In this document: one piece after another, positions 48,987-57,245 of the stretch | How positions within the stretch are numbered: position 1 is the first letter of the stretch | Layout of the letters: each line of letters starts with the position of its first letter | From: Candidatus Thorarchaeota archaeon | Lineage (GTDB): Archaea > Asgardarchaeota > Lokiarchaeia > Sigyniarchaeales > SOKP01 | Assembly (NCBI GenBank): GCA_048883105.1 | Contig: JBHLQY010000002.1 | Span: 1-60,564, forward strand | Reading direction: 5' to 3' | Length of the DNA stretch: 60,564 bases | Made by a program: the position numbers and the translations under genes | The notes under the pieces: generated by a model | What the model was told of the DNA's origin: nothing | Seen by the model: the letters and a program-made list of their open reading frames with translations, nothing else | Database searches by the model: none

Positions 48987-49024
48987 ATCATAAAGTTAAT
49001 TTTATATTCTATATTTTTAAAATA
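48987..49024 (+). promoter_or_regulatory. Conserved AT-rich promoter-proximal element, copy 2
   Basis: atcataaagttaattttatattctatatttttaaaata lies at the same distance from the ATG as copy 1. Confidence 0.45.
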
Positions 49025-50464
49025 ATGAGTGGACCTTTAGTTCCACGCGAATTACATGGAAAGCGACTAATTGGATACACTATAGGATATTTTGGATTAA
49101 ATTTAACGGACATTTTGAGAGCTGTATTTATCTTTCAATATTACGTTTATACCATAAATTTGAATTCAATTCTAGTTACTTTGGGGATGGCTATGTACTT
49201 AATGATTGCAGCAATATTTTCAATTGTTTTCGGAGTTATAACGGATAATAAAAAGCCAAGCAAACTTGGAAAACGTCGTCTTTTTTTGATCTATGGATTA
49301 CCTATTTGGTTTTTAACAAATTTTTTAATTTGGCTTCCTCCTTGGAAATGTCCAAGAACAAATTCCATGTTTTGGCCGACTGCTATCTATTTATGGATTA
49401 TACTTATTTTAAATGCAATATCATCAATGTCAATTTTAAGCTCATACGCTTCAATGGGACCAGAACAATCTCAAACACATAGAAACAGAGAAAAAGTTGC
49501 ATCTGTAGCAACTATTTTATCAATCATCGCATCAATACTGGCCTTATTATTACCATTATTAGTTCAAAGTCTTCTAATAGATCCAGAAAATGTTAAATGG
49601 TGGGAACCTTCAGGAAAAGTGATACTTTTTTATATTCCTATAATAGGCGGTTTATTCGCTATTTTTGGATTTATTTCCATAATATTAACTTTCTTTTCGG
49701 TAGATGAAAGCTTTCATAATATCTCCCAAGAAGCTGAAATAGAAAAAAAATCAATTTGGGCTACTTTCCAACAAATGATTATGCCGGCTAAAGATAAAAA
49801 ATATAGAAGGTTTATTTTAGTGGGATTTTTCACTACAATATCTACCCAAATGTTAGGTATTCTGATTATACCTTTTCTAACTTATTCACTCAAATTTAGA
49901 GGTACTGACTATTTTTTTTACGTTATTATTTCATTCTCATGCAAATTTGGATGGTTTTATATTTGGAAAAAAATACTTAATAAATTTGCGGTTATTAAAA
50001 CATATTTCATTTGTATTGCTTCTTGTGTTATTGCATCATTATTAGAACTTTTCTTTTTGGTTGAGGTTTTATCTTTTGAGTTTAAAATTATAATATTCAT
50101 TATTACTGTAGGTACAGTTTTAGGATCTATTTATGGATTTGGATTATTTATTGGTCCAATAACTGCTGCATTAATTTATGAAGCAGCAGCTAAAAATGGA
50201 AATGAGATAACAGATAATGCTGTTTCTGAAATTTCAGGGGCTTACAATGGATTACAATCTTTTTTATTGTTTATTTCTCGCGCTATTGCCTCAATTTTGA
50301 TTGGATTTATTCTCTTTGCCCCTAACGAGGAAAATCCAATAATTATTACGATTGCTATGTCTTCAATGGGAATATTTTTCTTGATTGGGCTAATATTTCT
50401 CAGAAAAATTGAATTAGATGAGAATATCCTTAATATAATACCTTTAAATAAAAGATATAATTAA
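49025..50464 (+). CDS. GPH-family MFS transporter, copy 2 (tandem paralogue)
   Basis: Colinear with copy 1 along its whole length, roughly 60 percent identical by eye. Shared blocks include KWWEPSGKVILFY, LTFFSVDESFH and AKDKKYR. Confidence 0.8.
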   Translation: MSGPLVPRELHGKRLIGYTIGYFGLNLTDILRAVFIFQYYVYTINLNSILVTLGMAMYLMIAAIFSIVFGVITDNKKPSKLGKRRLFLIYGLPIWFLTNFLIWLPPWKCPRTNSMFWPTAIYLWIILILNAISSMSILSSYASMGPEQSQTHRNREKVASVATILSIIASILALLLPLLVQSLLIDPENVKWWEPSGKVILFYIPIIGGLFAIFGFISIILTFFSVDESFHNISQEAEIEKKSIWATFQQMIMPAKDKKYRRFILVGFFTTISTQMLGILIIPFLTYSLKFRGTDYFFYVIISFSCKFGWFYIWKKILNKFAVIKTYFICIASCVIASLLELFFLVEVLSFEFKIIIFIITVGTVLGSIYGFGLFIGPITAALIYEAAAKNGNEITDNAVSEISGAYNGLQSFLLFISRAIASILIGFILFAPNEENPIIITIAMSSMGIFFLIGLIFLRKIELDENILNIIPLNKRYN

Positions 50465-51124
50465 ACTAAATTTTTTAAGGCTTTATTAACTCTAAATACC
50501 TTATTAACTCTGTCAATTATAATAAATCGTCTAATTTCCAAATAATATAAAAAGTCGCGCATCTGACTTTTATTTTTACCTAATTTTTCTGCCAATCCTC
50601 TAATGTCAGTTTCATAATTGCAGAGAGTTCGTATAAGTTTTTTGTATTTTTTAAATATTTCACCTACTAAATATTTTAAAGATTCTTTTATATTAAGTCC
50701 AGTTTTTATACTTGAGGGGAAAATTTTACAATCTTTAGGTAATTTATTTTTAGCTTGCACCACTGCAGCTGAGCGTGCACCCATCAAATCTTGCTTATTA
50801 GCTAAATAAACTTTTGGAGCCTTCGGGTTTATTATTTCCCCCAATATTGATATAGCATCATTATCGGAGTCGGGATTAGTAGCATCAAAAATAAAAACAA
50901 TTCCATCAGCTCCATTTGAAATAATCTTTCTCATTACTTTAAATCTTGAAAGACCAGGCGTGCCAAACAATGTTATTTGGAATCCATTGAAATTTATGCT
51001 AGCTACATCCATCGCGACAGTTTTCCCTCCTACTTGTACGTTCAAAGAGTTTTTATCAAAATAATTTAAGTAGCTTGATTTTCCGCATTGCGACGCTCCC
51101 GTTACTACAATCTTTATCCCACAT
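50461..51124 (-). CDS. MglA/CvnD-like small GTPase fused to a C-terminal winged-helix domain; the 5' end needs a 1-nt frame correction or a non-canonical start
   Basis: - The ORF-track protein has G3 LFGTPG, G4 NKQD, G5 SSIKTG and the wHTH-like tail IRGLAEKLGKNKSQMRDFLYYLEIRRFI.
- The P-loop KIVVTGASQCGKSS is encoded in the same frame upstream (51114-51073).
- In that frame no ATG, GTG or TTG lies between the TGA at 51126-51124 and the P-loop.
- The ATG at 51124-51122 is offset by one base. Confidence 0.65.
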
Positions 51125-51571
51125 CACCAAAAATCTATATAGCTCAATAAAAATTTTGTTTTTTCTTGTTAAATATATTATTAAAATTAATAGTTTATAA
51201 TCTTTCTTTATTATTAATATCGGTTTTTTAACAAAAAATTAATTTTAAAAAGAGAATTTTCTTAAAAAATGAATCAAACAGTAATTTTTTTGTCATTTTC
51301 ATATAAAAGATAATAATTTGTTATTTCTCCTAATTCTTTTAAAAATACTTGATCGAAAATCTAATTCTTCTGATTTGAAAATTATATAATCTTCCATTTT
51401 CGGTCATTCTTAGTAAAATATATAAATGATTTGGTTATAATTAGATAATAAAAATTTATATGTTTTTTAACTTAATAAGAATTTTCAAAAACGATTATTA
51501 ATTTGAGAAAATAGTATCAATATCAATCAAATTATAAGAAAATTATTTCAAAAACTGAAAATTGAAGAATA

Positions 51572-54500
51572 ATGAATAATAGTAATATTTTAATTATTGG
51601 CGGAGGTATCAGTGGTATCGAAGCCGCGCTGTCTTTAGGTGAACAAGGATATCGAGTTATATTAGTTGAGAAAACTCCAAGTATTGGTGGTCGAATGGCA
51701 CAATTAGATAAGACATTTCCTACTTTAGACTGCAGCATTTGCATTTTGGCTCCCAAAATGGTCGAGGTCGCTCGTCATCCTAATGTAGAACTGTTGACCT
51801 ATTCGGAAGTCCAAGAAGTAACAGGGAAAGCCGGTAATTTTAACGTGAAGATCTTAAAGAAATCTCGGTATGTAGACATTGAAAAATGCACAGGCTGTGG
51901 TGCATGTGTGGAAAAATGTCCTATGAAAAAAATTCCTTCGGAGTTTGAAGAAGGGATGGGTAACCGTAAAGCAATCTATATACCATTTCCACAAGCCGTC
52001 CCACGTAAAGCTACTATAGACGCAGAAAAATGCTTATATTTAACTAAAAATGCCTGTCAGCTCTGTGAAAAAGAATGCGAGGCTGGCGCTATAGTATGGG
52101 ACATGAAAGATGAGGTTGTAGAATATAATATTGCCTCTATTATTATTGCTACAGGAATTGACATTTTAGATCCTAGTGTTTTGACTCGTTACCATTATGA
52201 TGAATATCCTAATGTCATCACGGCAATGCAATACGAAAGGCTATTGAGCGCTTCTGGTCCAACTGAAGGCGAACTCTTACGACCATCGGATCAAAAACAT
52301 GCACACGAAATTGCATTTATTGGATGCGTCGGATCCCGAAATGAATCAATATGTTCATATTGTTCAAAATTTTGTTGTATGTATATGGCGAAGGAGGGAG
52401 TTGTAACGCGTGAACATTCTCCAGATACGAACATTACGATTTTCTTCAACGATATTAGAGTAATTGGAAAAAATCAAGAAGAATTTATTGAAAGAGCGAA
52501 AAATGAGTATGAGTTAAAATATTATCGCGGGATTCCTGGTGATGTACGAGAAGATCCAGAAACTCGCGATCTATTAGTTAAGCACGCAAATTTAGACACT
52601 GGCGAAGTAGAAACAAGCAGATTTGATTTAGTAGTGTTGGGAAGTGCCGTAATTCCTCGAAGAGATAGCGAGCAATTAGCAAAAATCTTAGGAATAGAAA
52701 CAAACGAGTTAGGATTTTTCAAAACTAAAAATTCCCTTGAAGATTTACAATCTACTCAAGAAGGTATTTACGTAACTGGATGCTGTCAATCCCCTGATGA
52801 TATAGCCAATTCAGTAGCTAAAGCCAGTGGAGCTGCTGCATTAGCTTCACTTCACGCTGAACCATTAAGTGAAGAAGAACAAAGAATTGAATTGCCTCCA
52901 TTGAAAATAGTCAATGAAAGTGATAAACCAAGAATTGGCGTATTTATTTGTGAATGTGGTGTAAATATTGGTGGATATATGGATGTTCCAGAAATAGTAG
53001 AATATACAAAAACTCTTCCCGATGTAGTATTTGCGATGCATAATAAATATAGTTGTTCGAGTTTGACTCAAGATATTATAAAGGAAAAAATTGAAGAGTT
53101 GGATTTAAATCGAGTAGTAGTTGCTGCGTGCACCCCAAGAACACACGAGCCTTTGTTTCAAAAAACTATACGAGAGGCAGGTTTGAACGAATATCTTTTT
53201 AATTTTGTAAGTATTCGAGAGTTAGATTCATGGGTACATATGAATGAACGCAAAAAAGCGACTGATAAGGCAAAAGATCTAATTCGAATGGGTGTTGCAC
53301 GTACGAGATTTTTAAGACCCGAATTAAAAATAAAAGGAGATGTAGTTCCTGAAGCATTGGTTATTGGCGGGGGTATTGCGGGAATGACGGCAGCCATGGA
53401 AATTGCTAATAAAGGATATAAGGTTCATTTAATTGAAAAAGATGATAAATTAGGTGGTCAACTAAACCTTATCTATATGATTAATTTTGATCGGATAGAT
53501 TCTGAAGAATACTTAGATGTAAAACTTAATGAGTATAATCAAATAAAAAATATCTCAACTTATTTAAATTCTGAAGTTTCAGATGTAAAAGGTTCAATAG
53601 GTAATTTCAATATTAAAGTTAAAAATAAAGTTAAAAACAAAGTTACAGATTTAAATGTTGGTGTAATTGTCGTTGCGACAGGTGCTTATGAATATAAACC
53701 AGAAGGTTGGTATCATTATGGTGAAGATCCTCGTATAATGACGCAATTGGAATTATCTGAGAAATTAAGGAATAATGAATTAAAAAGTGGGGAGGAAATA
53801 GTATTTATTCATTGCGTCGGTTCGAGACAACCAGAAGGAGGCAAGGGATATACATATTGTTCTCTAATCTGTTGTTCTGAATCTATTAGACATGCATTAT
53901 ATGTAAAAGAAAATTATCCAACATCTAATGTTTATGTACTTTATAGAGATATCCGTGTTGGGACTGATGAAGAATCTTATTATTGGCAAGCTAGAGAGAA
54001 TATCAATTATATAAGATTTAATGAATACCCTGAAGTAGAACTTACAAATGGAAAAATCGATGTTAAGGTAAAGGATATCTTGACCCAAATTACACTTAAT
54101 ATTGATGCTGATCGAGTTGTATTATCAACACCATTGATACCATATGATAATAAATTACTCTCAGAGTTACTTAAAGTACCACGTGATCAAAATGGATTCT
54201 TTCTGGAAGCTCATGTTAAATTACGACCAGTTGATTTTGCAACAGATGGGATCTATCTTGCTGGGACTGCTCATGGTCCAAAAGGTATCGCAGACTCGAT
54301 ATCTCAGGCAAGGGGTGCTGCCGCTCACGCTTTAATACCATTAATTTCAGGTATAGTCGAAAATGAACCGCTAGTTTCTGTTGTTAATCCCTCATTATGT
54401 ATTGCTTGTCAAAAATGCGAAGAGGTTTGTAATTTTGGAGCTATAGGCGTCAATTTTGATAACGAAAAATTAGTTTCTGAATCAAATCCACTATTGTGTA

Positions 54501-55057
54501 AAGGATGTGGTGATTGTTCTGCGGCATGTCCAACAGGAGCGATTACTATGAGTCATTTCGCAGATGATCAATTGACACCAATGATTTCTGAAGCATTAAA
54601 AGGAGAATTTATTGATGAAAGACCACGAATTGTTGCTTTCCTTTGTAATTGGTGTAGTTACGCTGGAGCAGACACGTGTGGTGTAAGTCGATTTCAATAT
54701 CCAACAAATATTCGGCCTATAAGAGTAATGTGTACTGGAAGAATTCCAAAAAGTTTTGTATTGCGAGCATTTCTAGAAGGTGCTGACGGAGTATTTGTTG
54801 GAGGCTGTCATATTGGAGATTGCCATTATCTGGAAGGCAACTACGATATGTTACGACGATATAATGAAATTCAAGAAATCCTTGAAAAAGTTGGAATTAA
54901 TCCCGAGAGATATCATCTTGAATGGGTCTCAGCCAGCGAAGGAAAACGATTTTCTGAAGTTATTACCGATTTTGTTGGCAAGGTGAAAGAATTAGGGCCA
55001 ATTGCCGAAAGGGGTGATAAAATTGAAAAAAAAGAAGAAGCTAAGGAGGGAGCTTAA
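51572..55057 (+). CDS. hdrA: Heterodisulfide reductase subunit A-like flavoprotein: tandem HdrA modules fused to a C-terminal MvhD domain
   Basis: - Two dinucleotide motifs are present: IIGGGISG at aa 8 and VIGGGIAG at nt 53361.
- Each is followed by an HdrA Cys cluster (CVGSRNESICSYCSKFCC and CVGSRQPEGGKGYTYCSLICC).
- There are four ferredoxin-type CxxCxxCxxxC motifs.
- The C-terminal RIVAFLCNWCSYAGAD...GGCHIGDCHY is the MvhD signature. Confidence 0.9.
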   Translation: MNNSNILIIGGGISGIEAALSLGEQGYRVILVEKTPSIGGRMAQLDKTFPTLDCSICILAPKMVEVARHPNVELLTYSEVQEVTGKAGNFNVKILKKSRYVDIEKCTGCGACVEKCPMKKIPSEFEEGMGNRKAIYIPFPQAVPRKATIDAEKCLYLTKNACQLCEKECEAGAIVWDMKDEVVEYNIASIIIATGIDILDPSVLTRYHYDEYPNVITAMQYERLLSASGPTEGELLRPSDQKHAHEIAFIGCVGSRNESICSYCSKFCCMYMAKEGVVTREHSPDTNITIFFNDIRVIGKNQEEFIERAKNEYELKYYRGIPGDVREDPETRDLLVKHANLDTGEVETSRFDLVVLGSAVIPRRDSEQLAKILGIETNELGFFKTKNSLEDLQSTQEGIYVTGCCQSPDDIANSVAKASGAAALASLHAEPLSEEEQRIELPPLKIVNESDKPRIGVFICECGVNIGGYMDVPEIVEYTKTLPDVVFAMHNKYSCSSLTQDIIKEKIEELDLNRVVVAACTPRTHEPLFQKTIREAGLNEYLFNFVSIRELDSWVHMNERKKATDKAKDLIRMGVARTRFLRPELKIKGDVVPEALVIGGGIAGMTAAMEIANKGYKVHLIEKDDKLGGQLNLIYMINFDRIDSEEYLDVKLNEYNQIKNISTYLNSEVSDVKGSIGNFNIKVKNKVKNKVTDLNVGVIVVATGAYEYKPEGWYHYGEDPRIMTQLELSEKLRNNELKSGEEIVFIHCVGSRQPEGGKGYTYCSLICCSESIRHALYVKENYPTSNVYVLYRDIRVGTDEESYYWQARENINYIRFNEYPEVELTNGKIDVKVKDILTQITLNIDADRVVLSTPLIPYDNKLLSELLKVPRDQNGFFLEAHVKLRPVDFATDGIYLAGTAHGPKGIADSISQARGAAAHALIPLISGIVENEPLVSVVNPSLCIACQKCEEVCNFGAIGVNFDNEKLVSESNPLLCKGCGDCSAACPTGAITMSHFADDQLTPMISEALKGEFIDERPRIVAFLCNWCSYAGADTCGVSRFQYPTNIRPIRVMCTGRIPKSFVLRAFLEGADGVFVGGCHIGDCHYLEGNYDMLRRYNEIQEILEKVGINPERYHLEWVSASEGKRFSEVITDFVGKVKELGPIAERGDKIEKKEEAKEGA

Positions 55058-55059
55058 AA

Positions 55060-55596
55060 ATGACTGAAGAAAAAACTATGAGTTCAAAAGAATTAGACCA
55101 TGATTTGAGATACGAAATTAGCAATAAAGTAGGTGCAAAATCTTTATTGAAATGTATTCAGTGCGGTGTGTGTAGCTCTGGATGTACCGTATCAGAATTT
55201 ATAGATTTGCAACCTCATAGAGTCGTTGCTTCACTCTTGTTAGGTCTAAAGGATGTTATTTTATCAAGTAACGCAATCTGGACTTGTTCTCTTTGTCATA
55301 GATGTACTGAAAGATGTCCAAAAGGCGTAGATTATTCTTTTATTTTAGCTTTAATAAGGAATTTAGCTGTCAAAGAAGGAAACATTCCATCAGAATACAG
55401 TGATACGATTAAAGTAATTAACAACAATGGATTTGTCGTCCCATATCACGGGGGATTAAAGAAAACCATTGATCGAAGAAGAGAAAAATTTGGCTTACCT
55501 ATTGTAGAACCACCAAATCTTGAAGATATCACTTTCATTATAAAAGAAACTGGACTTGAAAATATAATTAAAAAAGAAATGGAGGATGAAAAATAA
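55060..55596 (+). CDS. hdrC: Heterodisulfide reductase subunit C
   Basis: CIQCGVCSSGC and CSLCHRCTERCPKG. 178 aa, located between hdrA and hdrB. Confidence 0.85.
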   Translation: MTEEKTMSSKELDHDLRYEISNKVGAKSLLKCIQCGVCSSGCTVSEFIDLQPHRVVASLLLGLKDVILSSNAIWTCSLCHRCTERCPKGVDYSFILALIRNLAVKEGNIPSEYSDTIKVINNNGFVVPYHGGLKKTIDRRREKFGLPIVEPPNLEDITFIIKETGLENIIKKEMEDEK

Positions 55597-56486
55597 TGGA
55601 ATTCGCATTATTTTTAGGATGTACAATCCCACTTCGGTTTCCGCATTTTGAAAAAGCATTCAGGGAGATCGCGAGTATTTTAGATATTAACTTAAAAGAG
55701 ATGCACGGTGCTAGCTGTTGCCCTGACCCTGTAGCAACCCAATCATTAAGCGTAGATACTTGGTTAACCATCGCTGCGAGAAATTTATCCATAGCTGAAA
55801 GAATGGGTTTGGATGTCTTGACAATTTGTTCAGGATGCTATGAAACACTTAAAACTTCCTATGTCCTTCTAAAAGAAGATAAGGCTGCATTTGATAAAGT
55901 CAATTCTGTTTTAAAGAAAATTGGATATGAATATAAAGGAACATCGACAGTTACGCATTTTGTTGAATTATTTAGTAGACAAGATATGCTTGATAAAATT
56001 AAAGTGGCCACTATGCAACCATTAGATGATCTTAATGTTGCTGCACATTATGGATGTCATTTAATAAGACCAAGTAAAATTCTGAGATTTGACCACCCTG
56101 AACGACCAGAAACAATGGATCTAATCTTAGAAACTTTAGGAGCTACGACTGTTGCCTTTGCATCTAAATTAGAGTGTTGTGGATATTGTGCTAGATTAAA
56201 CGAAGATATTGGATTTAAATTAGTTGAAGAAAAAATGACTGACTTGAAAGAACTTGAAAAAGAAGTAGATGTTATGGTTGCTGTCTGTCCAGCATGCGTG
56301 AGTCAGTATGACAGAAAGGAAAAATTGATCTCAAGAAAAAGTGACAAAGAGCTTGATATCCCTGTACTTTACTTACCTGAATTAATAGCATTAGCTTTTG
56401 GTGTCGATAGCGGAATTTTAGGTTTATCAAATAGAAGTGTGAAACCTACAAAACTACTAGAAAAATTGAATATAAAAACAGAATAA
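55596..56486 (+). CDS. hdrB: Heterodisulfide reductase subunit B (two CCG domains)
   Basis: CCG motifs ASCCPDP and ECCGYC. The ATG overlaps the hdrC stop codon (TAATG). Confidence 0.85.
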   Translation: MEFALFLGCTIPLRFPHFEKAFREIASILDINLKEMHGASCCPDPVATQSLSVDTWLTIAARNLSIAERMGLDVLTICSGCYETLKTSYVLLKEDKAAFDKVNSVLKKIGYEYKGTSTVTHFVELFSRQDMLDKIKVATMQPLDDLNVAAHYGCHLIRPSKILRFDHPERPETMDLILETLGATTVAFASKLECCGYCARLNEDIGFKLVEEKMTDLKELEKEVDVMVAVCPACVSQYDRKEKLISRKSDKELDIPVLYLPELIALAFGVDSGILGLSNRSVKPTKLLEKLNIKTE

Positions 56487-56489
56487 TAA

Positions 56490-56496
56490 TTTTTTT
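56490..56496 (+). terminator. Short oligo-T tract between hdrB and metV (possible partial terminator or attenuation point)
   Basis: TAA at 56484-56486 is followed by taa ttttttt. Confidence 0.25.
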
Positions 56497-56546
56497 AAAA
56501 ACATAAAATAAAACTTAAAAATTTAAAGAAAAAAGTGTGAAAAAAG

Positions 56547-57245
56547 TTGATTATTACAGAACTAAAAGATATTGATGAAATATACAATATGATAAGACCA
56601 TATTCAAAAATCTTAATAGCTGGCTGTGATGGCTGTTGTCAGCCTCCTCGCTCGATTAACGAAGCAAAAGTACTTGGACAACTATTGGAACTAAAAGCAA
56701 AAACCGAAGGGAAGGAGTTAAAATGGAGATCAATCACTATTTTAAGGCAATGCGATGATAGAATTGCTGCCACCACAATACGACCATTCATAGAAGAGTA
56801 CGATGCAATTGTATCGTTAGCGTGTGGATTAGGTATTGTGATGCTAAATAAAGTAGCTGATAACATTATAACATACCCAGCCCAAAATAGCATGTGTGGT
56901 GGTGTTCAAAACGCAGGTGAAAACTATTTCATTCAATACTGTGAAACATGTGGCAGTTGTTTATTAGGAGAAACAGGAGGCGTTTGTCCTATCGCAGGGT
57001 GCGCTAAGCACTTAAATAACGGACCTTGCGGAGGTACTGTTGATGGAATGTGCGAAGTTGGGGGGTATACTCATCCTTGTGCTTGGATTGAAATTTATGA
57101 GAGATTAAAGAAGTTTAATAGACTGGATCTTTTTAATAAATACCGCCCACCAAGAAATTATAGACCTGCTACGAGTCCAGCATACCACATGATTAATAAA
57201 CCGTATACTAACGAAGAAGAAGAAAAAAGTGAGGGGAAAAAATAA
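56547..57245 (+). CDS. metV: Methylenetetrahydrofolate reductase small Cys-rich subunit (MetV-like)
   Basis: The Cys-rich pattern is GCDGCCQPP...CETCGSCLLGETGGVCPIAGC...NNGPCGG. TTG start, with an alternative ATG at 56589. It lies directly upstream of metF. Confidence 0.7.
   Translation: MIITELKDIDEIYNMIRPYSKILIAGCDGCCQPPRSINEAKVLGQLLELKAKTEGKELKWRSITILRQCDDRIAATTIRPFIEEYDAIVSLACGLGIVMLNKVADNIITYPAQNSMCGGVQNAGENYFIQYCETCGSCLLGETGGVCPIAGCAKHLNNGPCGGTVDGMCEVGGYTHPCAWIEIYERLKKFNRLDLFNKYRPPRNYRPATSPAYHMINKPYTNEEEEKSEGKK

Larger units (their letters stand above)
47413..50464 (+). repeat. Tandem duplication unit (promoter plus GPH transporter gene), two diverged copies
   Basis: The two adjacent co-directional genes are colinear and similar at protein level. 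Their 38-nt upstream elements are also conserved. Confidence 0.7.

Noticed and set aside
51532-54986. Short ORFs on either strand within hdrA: 51532-51756, 52522-52722, 52865-53071, 53158-53397, 53897-54088, 54144-54335 and 54780-54986.
   Set aside because: All lie inside a continuous 1161-aa ORF with HdrA and MvhD motifs. None has independent support.
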